Of a stretch of 64,000 nucleotides of DNA, positions 1 to 20,520 are shown one piece after another (position 1 is the stretch's first letter; each line of letters begins with the position of its first letter). The stretch is from the human T2T-CHM13v2.0 reference genome, Homo sapiens. The stretch is from NCBI RefSeq assembly GCF_009914755.1, contig NC_060946.1, one strand, 5' to 3'. Position numbers and translations under genes: made by a program. Below the pieces are notes generated by a model. That model made no database searches and was not told the origin of the DNA. It worked only from the letters and a program-made list of their open reading frames with translations.

Positions 1-3000
1 GCTCTGCTTAACTGGGCCTTGTCACATATCTCTGCACTGGTCACCCAGGTGATGTAACTATTGTCTAGGCTCTGCTTACAGGGTGTATTGTGACATACCT
101 CTGCACTGATCACCTAAGTGATGTAACAATTGTGTAGGCTCTGCCTACAGGGGCATTTTGACATATCTCTGCACTGTTAACCGAGGTGATGTAACTCTTG
201 TCTAGGCTGCGCCCACAGGGGGATTGAGACATATCTCTGCACTGATCCCGAGGTGATCCAACTCTTTCCTGGTCTCTGCCTACTGGGGACATTGTGACAT
301 ATCTCTGCACTGATCTCCCAGGTGCTGTAACTTTAGTCTAGGCTCTGGCTACACGGCATTGTGACTTATCACTGCACTGATCACCCAGGTGATATAACTC
401 TTGTCTAGTCTCTCCCTACAGGGGTCTTGTGACGTATCTTTGCACTGATCACCCAGGTGTTATAACTCTTCCCTAGGATGTGCCTACAGGGTGGTTTGTG
501 ACATATCCCTGCAATGATCACCCAGGTGATATACCACTTTTCAAGGTTCTGCCTACAGGAGCATTGCGATGTATCTCTGCACTGATCACCTAGGTCATGT
601 AACTCTTGTCTAGGTTCTGCCTACAGTGGCATGGTGACATATGTCTGCACTGATCATCCAAGTGATGTAAAACTTGTCTAGGATCTGCCTAAAGGGACTT
701 TGTGACATAACTCTACACTGATCATCCAGCTGATGGGGCTTTTGTCTAGGCTCTGCCTAAGGGTGCATTGTGACATAATTCTGCACTGATCACCCAGGTG
801 ACGGACCCTTGTCCTGCATCTACCTATGGGGACATTGGGACATATCTCTGCACTGATCACCCAGGTGATGTAACTGTTGTATAAGCTCTGCCTACAGGGG
901 AATTGTGAGAGATCTCGCCAGTGATCACCCAAGTGATGTAACTAGTGTCTTGGCTTTGCCTACAGGGGCTTTGTGACATACATTCGCACTGATCAACCAG
1001 TTGATGTAACTCATCTAAGTTCTGCCTACAGGAGCTTTGTGACATATCTCTGCACTGATCACTTAGGTGATGTAACACTTTTATAAGCACTGCCTACAGG
1101 GAATTTTGACAAATCTGTGCACTGATCACCTAGGTGACGTAACTCTTGTCTACCATCTGCCCAAAGGGGGCATTGTGAAATATCTCTGCACTGATCACCC
1201 AGGTGATTCAACTCTTGTCTAGGATCCGCCTACAGGGTGTATTGTGAAATATCTCTGCACTGATCACCCAGGTGATTCAACTCTTGTCTAGGATCCGCCT
1301 ACAGGGTGTATTGTGAAATATCTCTGCACTGATCACCCAGGTGATTCAACTCTTGTCTAGGATATGCCTATAGGGGGTATTGTGACATATTTCTGCACTG
1401 ATCAACTAGGTGATGTAACTCTTGTTTAGGCTCTGCCTACAGGGGCGTTTTCACATATCCCTGAACTGATGACAAAGGTGATGTAACTCTTGCCTATGCT
1501 TTGCCTACAGGGGCATTGCGACATATCTCTGCACTGATCACCCAGGTGATGCAACTCTTCTCTATGCTCTGCCTCCAGGGGACGTTGTGACATATCTCTG
1601 CACTGATCACCCAGGTGATGCAACTCTTCTCTAAGCTCTGCCTACAGGGGGCATTGTGACATATCTCTGCACTTATCACCCAGGTCATGTAACCCTTTTC
1701 TAGTCTCTGCCTACAGAGTGCGTTGTGACATCACTCTCCTTGGATCACCTGGGGTATGTAACTCTTGTCTAGGCTCCGCCTATGGGGGCATTGTGACATA
1801 TCTCTGCACTGATCACCCAGGACATGTGACTCCTGTCTCAGCTCAGCCTAGAGGGACATTGGGACATATCTCTGCACTGATCACCCAGGTGATGTAAGTC
1901 TTTTCTAGGCTCTGCTTACGGGGGCCATTGTGAGATATCTCTGCACTGATCACTCAGGTGATGTAACTCTTGTCTAGGCTCTGCCTACAGGAGCATTTTC
2001 ACATATCACTGCACTGATCACCGAGATGATGAAACTCTTGTATAGGCTTTGCCGACAGGGGGCATTGAGACATATCTCTGCACTGATCACCGAGGTGATG
2101 CAGCTCTTTTCTGGGATCTGCTTACAGCGAGCATTGTGACATATCTCTGCCCTGATCACCCAGGTGATGTAACTGTTGTCTAGGCTCTGCCTACTGGAGA
2201 CATTGTGACATATCTCCGCACTGATCACCCAGGTGATGTCACTTCTCTCGAGGATATGGCTGCAGGGACATTGTGACATGTCACTGCACTGATCACACAG
2301 CTGATGTAATTCTTGTCTAGGCTCTGGCTACAGGGTGCTTGTGACACATCTCTGCACTGATCACCCAGGTGATGTAACCCTTGTCTAGGCTCTGCCAAAA
2401 GGGGGCATTTTGACATAACTCTGCAATGATCACCCAGGTGATGGGACTCTTGTCTTGGCTCTGCCTACAGGGGCATTGAGAAATATCTCTGCAGTGATCA
2501 CACAGGTGATGTAACTCTTGTCTATATCTGCCTACTGGTGGCATTGTGGCATATTTCTGCACTGATCACCCAGGTGATGGACTCTTGTCTTGGATCTGCC
2601 TATGGGGTCATAGTGACATATCTCTGCACTGATCACTCATGTGATGTAGCGCTTGTCTATGCTGCGCCTAAAGGGGAATTGTGACAGATATCTCCACTGA
2701 TAACCCAGGTGATGTAACAATTTTCTAGGATTTGTCTACGAGGGGCTTTGTGACATATCTTTGCACTGATCACCCAGGAGATGTAACACTTTTCTAGGCT
2801 CGGCCTGCATGGGCTTTGTGACATATCCCTGCACTGATCACCCAGGTGACGTAACTCTTGTCTAGGCTCCACCTACAGGGGGTATTGTGACGTATATCTG
2901 CAATGATCACCCAGGTGATGTAACGTTTATCCAGGCTCTGCCTACAGGGTGTTTTGACATAGCCCTGCCCAGATCACCTAGGTTATGTAACTCTTGTCCA

Positions 3001-4311
3001 CCCTCTGCCTACAGGGGGCATTGTGAAATATCTCAGCACTGATCACCCAGGTGATGGGACTCTTCTCAATACTCTGCCTAGAGGGGGATTTGTGACATAT
3101 CTCTGCACTGACCACCCAGGTGATGGAAGTCTTGTCTGGGCTCTGTCTATGGGGGCATTGTGTCAAATATCTGCACTGATCACCCAGGTGATGTAACTCT
3201 TTCCTAAGCTCTGTCTACAGGGATTTTTGTGACATATCACTGCACTGATCACCTAGGTGATGTAAGCCTTCTATGGGCTTTGCCTACAGAAGGCTTAGTG
3301 ACATATCTATGCACTGATCTCTGAGGTGCTGCAACTCCTGTCTAGACACTGCCTACAGGGAACATTGGTACATATCTCTTCACTGATCATCCAGGTGATG
3401 GACTCTGGTCTTATATCTGCCTACATGGACATTGTCACACATCTCTGAATTGATCAACCAAGTGTTGAAACTCTTGTCTAGGCTCTGCCTACAGGGGCTA
3501 TGTGACACATCCCTTCACTGATCACCCTGGGGAGGGAACTCTTGTCTACGCTCTGCCTACAGGAGGCCTTACGGCTTATACCTCCACTAATAACCTAGGT
3601 GATGTAACAATTGTCTAGGCTGTGCCTACACGGGAATTTTCACATATCTCTGCAGTGATCACCCAGGTGATGTAACTCCTGTCTAGTTTCAGCCTACAGG
3701 AGCTTTTTGACATATCTCAGCACTGATCACCCAGGTGATGTAACCGTTGTCTAAGCTCTGTCTACAGAGGCATTGTGACAGGTCTCTCCACTGCTCACCC
3801 AGGTGATGTAACAATTGTCTGTGCTTTGCCTACCGGGGATTTGTGTTGTACATTTCCATGGATCAAACCGGTGAGGTAACCCTTATCAACGTTCTGTTTA
3901 CAGGGGCTTTGTGACATATCTCTGCACTGATCACCCCAGGGAGGAAACACTTGTCTACACTCTGCCTACAGGATTCTTTACGACTTATCCCTGCACTGAT
4001 CACTAGGTGATGTAACACTTGTCTAGGTTCTGTCTACACTGCAATTTTCACATATCTCTACACTGATCACATAACTGATGTAACCCTTTTCGAGGTTCAG
4101 CCTACTGGGGATTTCTGACATACCTATGCACTGATCACCGAGGTTATGTAAATCATTTCCAGGCTTTTTGAACAGGGGACATTGTGATATATATCTGCAC
4201 TGATCACCCAAATGATGCAAAGCTTCTCCAGACTCCGCAGGGAGGGGCCATTGTGACATGTTTCTGAACCGATCATCCAGGAGATATAACTATTCTCCAG
4301 TCTCTGACTAA
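1..4311 (-). repeat. Beta satellite (68-bp Sau3A/BSR) block, reverse orientation
   Basis: Diverged 68-69 bp monomers reading TGTGACATATCTCTGCACTGATCACCCAGGTGATGTAACTCTTGTCTAGGCTCTGCCTACAGGGG, usually with one GATC per monomer. Confidence 0.97.
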
Positions 4312-7088
<2,777 letters not shown>

Positions 7089-10000
7089 GACACATCGCTG
7101 AACTGATCAACAAAGTTATGTAACACTTGTCTAGGCTCTGCCTACAGGGGCTTTGTGACATATGTCTGCACTGATCACCCAGGTGATGGGACATTTGTCT
7201 AGCCTCTGCCTATGGGGGCATTGTGACATATCTCTACACTGATCACCCAGGTGATGTAACTCTTGTGTTGGATCTGCCTATGGGGGCATTGTGACATATT
7301 TCTGCACTGATCAGCCAGGTGATGGGACTCTTGTCTAGGCTCTGTGTAAGGGGGCTTTGTGACATATCTCTGCACTGATCACCCAGGTGATGTAACGCTG
7401 GACTAGGCTCTGCCTACAGGGCATAGTGACATATCACTGCATTGATCACCGAGGTGATGTAACTCTTGTCCAGGCTCTGCCTATAGGGGGCCTTGTGACA
7501 TATCCCTGCACTGTTCATCTAGGTGATGTAACACTTGCTTACACTCTGCCTGCAGGGGCATTGTGAAATATCTCTGCACTGATCACCCAGGTGATGTAAC
7601 TCTGGTCTAAGCTCTGCCTAAAGGGGCATTGTGACAGATCTCTGCACTGATCACTCAGGTCATGCAACTATTGTCTAGGCTCTGCTTAAAGGGGCCTTGC
7701 AACATATATCTGCACTGATCACCTAGGTGATATAACTCTTGTCTAGGCTGTGCTTTTTGGGTGTATTGTGACATATCTCTGCACTGATCACTTAAGTGAT
7801 GTCAGACTTGTGTAGGCTCTGCCTGAAGGGGCATTTTGACATGTCTCTGCACTGTTAACCGAGGTGATGTAACTCTTGTCTAGGCTGTGCCCACAGGGGG
7901 ATTTAGACATATCTCTGCACTGATCCCGAGGTGATCCAACTCTTGCCTGGTCTCTGCCTACTGGGGACATTGTGACACATTTCTGCACTGATCTCCCAGG
8001 TGCTGTAACTTTAGTCTAGGCTCTGGCTACACGGCATTGTGACATATCACTGCACTGATCACCCGGGTGATATAACACTTGTCTAGGTTCTGCCTATATG
8101 GGGCTTGTGACATATCTCTGCACTGATCACTCAGGTGATATAACTCTTCTCAAGGATCTGCCTACAGGGTGCTTTTTGATATATCCCTGCAGTGATCACT
8201 CAGGTGATGTAAAACTTGTCAAGGCTCTGCCTACAGGGACATTGAGATGTATCTCTGCACTGATCACCTAGGTCATGTAACTCTTGTCTAGGCTCTGCCT
8301 ACAGTGGCATTGTGGCATATCTCTGCACTGATCACCCAGGTGATGTAACTCTTTTCTAGGATCTGCCTACAGGGTGCTTTGTGACATATCCCTGCAATGA
8401 TCACCCAGGTGATGTACCGCTTGTCAAGGCTTTGCCTACAGGGACATTGTGATGTATCTCTGCATTGATCACCTAGGTCATGTAACACTTGTCTAGGCTC
8501 TACCTACAGTGGCATTGTGACATATCTCTGCACTGATCATCCAAGTGATGTAACTGTTGTCTAGGATCTGCCTAAAGGGACTTTGTGACATAACTCTGCA
8601 CTGATCATCCAGGTGATGGGGCTGTTTTCTAGGCTCTGCCTAAGGGGGCATTGTGACAAATTTCTGCACTGATCAGCCAGGTGACGGACTCTTTTCTTGG
8701 ATCTGCCTATGGGGGCATGTGATATATATCTGCACTGATCACCCTGGTGATGTAACTGATGTATAAGCTCTGCCTACAGGGGAATTGTGAGAGATCTTGC
8801 CACTGATCACCCAAGTGATGTAACTATTGTCTAGGCTTTGCCTACAGGGGACTTTGTGTCATACCTTTGCACTGACCACCCAGGTGATGTAACTCATCTA
8901 AGTTCTGCCTACAGAAGCTTTGTGACATATCTCTGCACTGATCACATAGGTGATGTAACACTTTTATAAGCACGCCTACATGGAATTTTGACAAATCTCT
9001 GCACTGATCACCTAGGTAATGTTACTCTTGTCTACCGTCTGCCCAAAGGTGGCATTGTGAAATATCTCTGCACTGATCAGCCAGGTGATTCAACTCTTGT
9101 CTAGGATCTGCCTACAGAGGGTATTGTGAAATACTTCTGTATTGATCACCCAGGTGATGTAACTCTTGTCTAGGCTCTGCCTACTGGAGACATTTTGACA
9201 TATTTCTGCACTGATCACCCAGATGATGTCACTTTTGTCAAGGATATGGCTGCAGGGACATTGTGACATGTCACTGCACTGATCACACAGCTGATGTAAC
9301 CCTTTTCTAGGCTCTGGCTACAGGCGGCTTGTGACACATCTCTTCACTGATTGCCCAGGTGAAGTAGCCCTTGTCTAAGCTCTGCCAAAAGGGGGCATTG
9401 TGATATAACTCTGCACTGATCACCCAGGTCATGGGACTCTTGTCTATGCTCTGCCTACAGGGGCTTTGTGACATATCTCTGCAGTGATCACTCAGGTGAT
9501 GTAATGCTTGTCTATATCTGCCTACTGGCGGCATTGTGGCATATTTCTGCACTGATCACCCAGGTGATGGACTCTTGTCTTGGATCTGCCTTTGGGGGCA
9601 CTGTGACATATCACTGCACTGATCACTCATGTGATGTAACGCTTGTCTAAGCTGCGCCTAAAGGGGAATTGTGACAGATATCTCCACTAATCACCCAGGT
9701 GGTGTAACAATTTTCTGGGATTTCTCTACAGGGGGCTTTGTGACATATCTTTGCACTGATCACCCAGGAGATGTAACTCTTGTCTAGGCTCGGCCTACAG
9801 GTGCTTTGTGAGATATCTCTGCACTTATCACCCAGGTGATGTAACTCTTGTCTAGGCTCCACCTACAGGGGGTATTGTGATGTATCTCTGCACTGATCAC
9901 CCAGGTGATATAGCATTTATCTAGGCTCTGCCTACTGGGGTGTTTTGACATAGCTCTGCACAGATCACCTAGGTTATGTAACTCTTGTCTACTCTCTGCC

Positions 10001-11287
10001 TACAGGGGGCATTGTGAAATATGTCTGCATTGATCACCCAGGTGATGGGACTCCTCTCTATACTCTGCCTAGAGAGGGATTTGTGACATATCTCTGCACT
10101 GATCACCCAGGTGATGGAAGTCTTGTCTAGGCTCTGTCTATGGGGGCATTGTGTCAAATATCTGCACTGATCACCCAGGTGATGTAACTCTTGTCTAGGC
10201 TCTGTCTACCGGGATTTTTGTGACATATCACTGCACTGATCACCTAGGTGATGTAGGCCTTGTATGGGCTCTGCCTACAGAAGGCTTTTTGACATATTTA
10301 TGCACTGATCTCTGAGGTGATGCAACTCTTGTCTAGGCACTGCCTACAGGGGACATTGGTACATATCTCTGCACTGATCACCCAGGTGATGGACTCTTGT
10401 CTTAGATCTGCCTACGTGGACATTGTGACACATCTCTGAAGTGATGAAACTCTTGTCTAGGCTCTGTCTACAGGGGCTTTGTGACACATATCTGCACTGA
10501 TCACCCTGGGGAGGGAACTCTTGTCTATGCTCTCCCTACAGGAGGCTTTATGACTTATTCCTGCACTGATAAGCTAGCTGATATAACACTTGTCTAGGCT
10601 CTGCCTACACTGGAATTCTCACATATGTCTGCACTGATCACCCAGGTGATGTAACTCCTGTCTAGGTTTAGCCTACAGTAGCGTTTTGACATATCTCTGC
10701 ACTGATCACCCAGGTGATGTAACCGTTTTCTAAGCTCTGCCTACAGTGGCATTGTGACAGATCTCTCCAGTGCTCACCCAGGTGATGTAACAATTGTCTG
10801 GGCTTTGCCTACAGGGGGCTTTGTGATATACATTTCCACTGATCAAACAGGTGATGTAACCCTTGTCAAGGTTCTGCTTACAGGGGCTTTTTAACATATC
10901 TACACTGATCACCCCAGGGAGGAAACACTTGTCTACAATCTGCCTACTGGAGGCTTTACTACTTATCCCTGCACTGATCACTAGGTGATGTAACACTTGT
11001 CTAGGCTCTGTCTGCACGGGAATTTTCACGTATCTCTACACTGATCACCTAAGTGTTGTAACCCTTGCCTAGGTTCAGCCTACTGGGGATTTCTGACATA
11101 CCTATGCACTGATCACCGAGGTGATGTAAATTATTTCCAGGCTTTTTGTACAGGGGACATTGTGATATATCTCTGCACTTATTACCCAAATGATGCAAAT
11201 CTTCTCTGGGCTCCACAGGGAGGGGGCATTGTGACATATTTCTGAACTGATCATCCAGGAGATGTAACTATTTCCAGGCTTTGACTA
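7089..11287 (-). repeat. Beta satellite block, reverse orientation
   Basis: Same 68-bp monomer as 1-4311, with the same landmark monomers in the same order. Confidence 0.97.
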
Positions 11288-13164
<1,877 letters not shown>

Positions 13165-16100
13165 TTTAGTCAGAGACTGCAGAATAGTTATTTCTCCTGG
13201 ATGATCGGTTCAGAAACATCTCACAATGCCCCCTCCCTTCGGAGCCTAGAGAAGATTTGCATCATTTGGGTGATCAGTGCAGAGATATATCACAATGTCC
13301 CCTGTACAAAAATCCTGGAAATGATTTACATCACCTCGGTGATCAGTGCATAGGTATGTCAGAAAACCCCAGTAATCTGAACCTAGACAAGGGTTACATC
13401 ATTTAGGTGATCAGTGTAGAGGTATGTGAAAATTCCCGTGTAGACATAGCCTAGACAAGTGTTACATCACCTAGTGATCAGTGCAGGGGTAAGTCGTAAA
13501 GCCTCCTTTAGGCAGAGTGTAGACAAGTGTTCCCTCCCAGGGGTAATCAGGGCAGAGATATGTCATAAAGCCCCTGTCAGCAGAACCTTGACAAGGGTTA
13601 CATCACCTGTTTGATCAGTGGAAATGTATATCACAAACCCCCTGTAGGCAAAGCCCAGACAATTGTTACATCACCTGCGTGAGCAGTGGAGAGATCTGTC
13701 ACAATGCCCCTGTAGGCAGAGCTTAGACAAGGGTTACATCACCTGGGTGATCAGTGCAGAGATATGTCAAAACACTCCTGTAGGCTGAACCTAGACAGGA
13801 GTTACATCACCTGGGTGATCAGTGCAGAGATATGTGAGAATTCCCGTGTAGGCAGAGCCTAGAGAAATGTTACATCACCTAGGTTATCAATGCAGGTATA
13901 AGTCATAAAGCCTCCTGTAGGCGGAGTGTAGGCAAGAGTTCCCTCCCCAGGGTGATCAGTGCAGAAATATGACACAAATCCCCTGTAGGCCAAGCCTAGA
14001 CAAGAGTTACATCCCTTGGTTATCAGTGCAAAGATATGTCACAAAGCCCCCTGTAGACAAATCCCAGAATATTGTTACATCACCTGGGTGATCAGTGGAG
14101 ATATCTGTCACAATTCCCCTTTAGGCGCAGCTTACACAAACGTTACATCATATGAGTGATCAGTGCAGAAATATGTCACTATGCCCCCATAGTCAGATCC
14201 AAGACAAAAGTCCATCACCTGGGTGATCAATGCAGAAATATTCCACAATGCCGCCAGTAGGCAGATATAGACAAGATTTACATCACCTCCGTGATCACTG
14301 CAGAGATATGTCACAATGCACCTGTAGGCAGAGCCTAGACAAGAGTCCCATGACCTGGGTGATCAGTGCAGAGTTATGTCGCAATGCCCCCTTTTGGCAG
14401 AGCCTAGACTAGGATTCCATCAGGTGGGTGATCAGTGCAGACATGTGTCACAAGACCCCGTAGCCAGAGCCTAGACAAGAGTAACATCAGCTGTGTGATC
14501 AGTGCAGTGACATGTCACAATGCCCCTGTAGCCATATCCTTGACAAAAGTGACATCACCTGGATGATCAGTGCGGAGATATGTCACAATGCCTCCAGTAG
14601 GCAGAGCCTATACAAGAGTTACATCATCTGGGTGATCAGGGCAGAGATATGACACAAAGCTCCCATACACAGAGCCTAGACAAGAGTCCCATCACCTGGA
14701 TGATTAGTGCAGTAATATGTCACAATGCCCCATAGGCATATCCAACATAAGAGTTACATCACCTGGGTGATCAGTGCACAGATATGTCTCAATGCCCCCT
14801 GTCGGCGAAGCCTATACAATAGTTACATCACCTCGGTGATCAGTGCAGTGATATGTGAAAATGACCCTGTAGGTAGAGCCTACAGAAGAGTTACATCACC
14901 TGGATTATCAGTGCAGAGATATCTCACAATACCCCCTGTAAGCAGAGCCTAGACAAGAGTTACATCACCTGGGTGATCATTGCAGAGATATGTCATAAAT
15001 CCGACTGTAGGCAAAGCCTAGACAAGTTTTATATCACCTCAGCGATCAGTGCAGAGATATGTCCATAAGTCCCTCCTGGCAGAACTTAGAAAAGAGTCAC
15101 ATCTCCTGGGTGATCAGTGCAGAGATAAGACACAATGCCCCCATAGGCAGAGCCTAGACAAGAGTTACATAACCCGGGTGATCCGTGCAGAGTGATGTCA
15201 CAACGCCCTCTGTAGGCAGAGACTAGAAAAGAGTTACATCACCTGGGTGATCAGTGCGGAGATAAGTCACAATGGCCCCTGTAGGCAGAGCATAGTGAAG
15301 ATTTGCATCACCTGGGTGATCAGTGCAGAGATATGTCACAATATCCCCTGTGGGCAAAGCCTAGGCAAGAGTTACATCACCTTTGTCATCAGTTCAGGGA
15401 TATGTGAAAACGCCCCTGTTGGCAGAGCCTAGAGAAGATTTACATCACCTTTGTTATCAGTTCAGGAATCTGTGAAAATGCCCCTGTAGGCAGAGCCTAG
15501 ACAATAGTTACATCACCTTGATGATCAGTGCAGAGATATTTCCAAATACACCCTGTAGGCAGATGCTAGACAAGAGTTGAATCACCTGGGTGATCAGTGC
15601 AGAGATTTGTCAAAATTCCCTATAGGCAGTGCTTATAAAAGCGTTACATCACCCAAGTGATCAGTGCAGAGATATGTCACAAAGCTCCTGTAGGCAGAAC
15701 TTTGATGAGCTACATCAACTGTGTGGTCAGTGCAAAGGTATGTCAGAAATCTCCCTTTAGGCAAAGCCAAGACAATAGTTACATCACTTGGGAGATCAGT
15801 GGCGAGATCTCTCACAATTCCCCTGTAGGAAGAGCTTATACAACAGTTACATCACCTGGGTGATCAGTGCAGAGATATGTCACAATACCCTCATAGGCAG
15901 ATCCAAGACAAGATTCCATCACCTGAGTGATCAGTGCAGAAATATGTCACAATGCCCCCTTAGGCAGAGCCTAGAGAAAAGCCCCATCACCTGGATGGTC
16001 AGTGCAGAGTTATGTCACAAAGTCCCTTTAGGCAGATCCTAGACAACTGTTACGTCACTTGGATGATCAGTGCAGAGATATGTCACAATGCCCCTGTAGG

Positions 16101-17788
16101 CAGAGCGTAGACAAGAGATACTTGACCTAGGTGATCAGTGCAGAGATACATCACAGTGTCCCTGTAGGCAGAGACTTTACAAGTGGTACATCACCTGGGT
16201 GATCTTTGCACGGATATGTCACAAAGCACCCTGTAGGCAGATCCTAGAAAAGAGTTACATCACCTGGGTGATCAGTGCAGAGATATGTCACAATGCCATT
16301 GTAGGCAGAGCATAGAGAAGAGTTACATGACCTAGATGATCAGTGCAGAGGTACATCACAATGCCCCTGTAGGCAGATCCTTGACAAGTGGTATATCACC
16401 TGGGTGATCATTGCAGGGATATGTGACAAAGCACCCTGCAGGCGGATCCTAGAGAAGAGTTATATCACCTGGGTGATCTGTGCAGAGATATGTCACAAGA
16501 CCCCTGTAGGCAGAGACTAGACAAGAGTTATATCACCTGGGTGATCAGTGCAGTGGTATGTCACAATGCCGTGTAGCCAGAGTCTAGACTAAAGTTACAG
16601 CACCTGGGAGATCAGTGCAGAGATATGTCACAATGTCCCCAGTAGGCGGAGACCAGGCAAGAGTTGGATCACCTCGGGATCAGTGCAGAGATATGTCTCA
16701 ATCCCCCTGTGGGCGCAGCCTAGACAAGAGTTGCATCACTTCTGTTAACAGTGCAGAGATATGTCAAAATGCCCCTGTAGGCAGAGCCTACACAAGGGTT
16801 ACATCACTTAAGTGATCAGTGCAGAGATATGTCACAAATCTCCCTCTAGGCAGAGTATGGAGAAGAGTCCCATTACCTGCGTTATCAGTGCAGAGATATT
16901 TCACAATGCCCCCTGTAGGCAGAGAGTGGACAAGAGTTGTATAACCTAGGTGATCTGTGCAGAGCTATGTCAAAACATCCCAGTAGGCAGAGCCTAGGTA
17001 AATGTTACATCACCTGGGAGATCAGTGCAGAGATATGTGACAAGGCCCCTTTAAGCAGAGACTAGACAATAGTTACTTCACCTGAGTGATCAGTGCAGAG
17101 ATCTGACACAATGCCCCTTTAGGCAGAGCTTAGACCAGAGTTACATCAACTGGGTGATCAGTGCAGAGATATGTCACAATGCCCCCATAGGCAAATCCAA
17201 GACAAGGGTCCGTCACCTGGGTGATCAGTGCAGAAGTATGTGACAATGCCCCCAGTAGGCAGAGCCTAGAGAAGAGTCCCATCACCTGGGTGATCAGTGC
17301 AGAGATATTTCACAATGCCCCTGCAGGCAGAGCATAAGAAAGGGTTACATCACCTAGGTGATCAGTGCAGAGATATGTCAAAAGGTCCCCTATAGGCAGA
17401 GCCTGGAGAAGAGTTACATCACCTCAGTGATCAATGCAGTGCTATTTCACTATGCCCCATAGGCAGAGCCTAGTCAAGCGTCACGTCACCTGGGTGATCA
17501 GTGCAGAGATATGTCACAAAGCCCCATACACAGAGCCTAGACAAGAGTCCCATCACCTGGGTGATCAGCGCAGAAATATATCACAATGCCTCCATAGGCT
17601 GATCCAACACAAGAGTTACATCACCTGGGTGATCAGTGTAGAGATATGTCACAATGCCCCCATAGGCAGAGCCTAGACAAATGTCCCATCATCTGGGTGA
17701 TCATTGCAGAGATATGTCAAAAAGCCCCTTTAGGAAGAGCCTAGACAAAATGTACATCACTTTGTTGATCAGTTCAGAGATGTGTCAC
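13165..17788 (+). repeat. Beta satellite block, forward orientation
   Basis: Monomers GATCAGTGCAGAGATATGTCACAATGCCCCTGTAGGCAGAGCCTAGACAAGAGTTACATCACCTGGGT. Confidence 0.97.
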
Positions 17789-20520
<2,732 letters not shown>

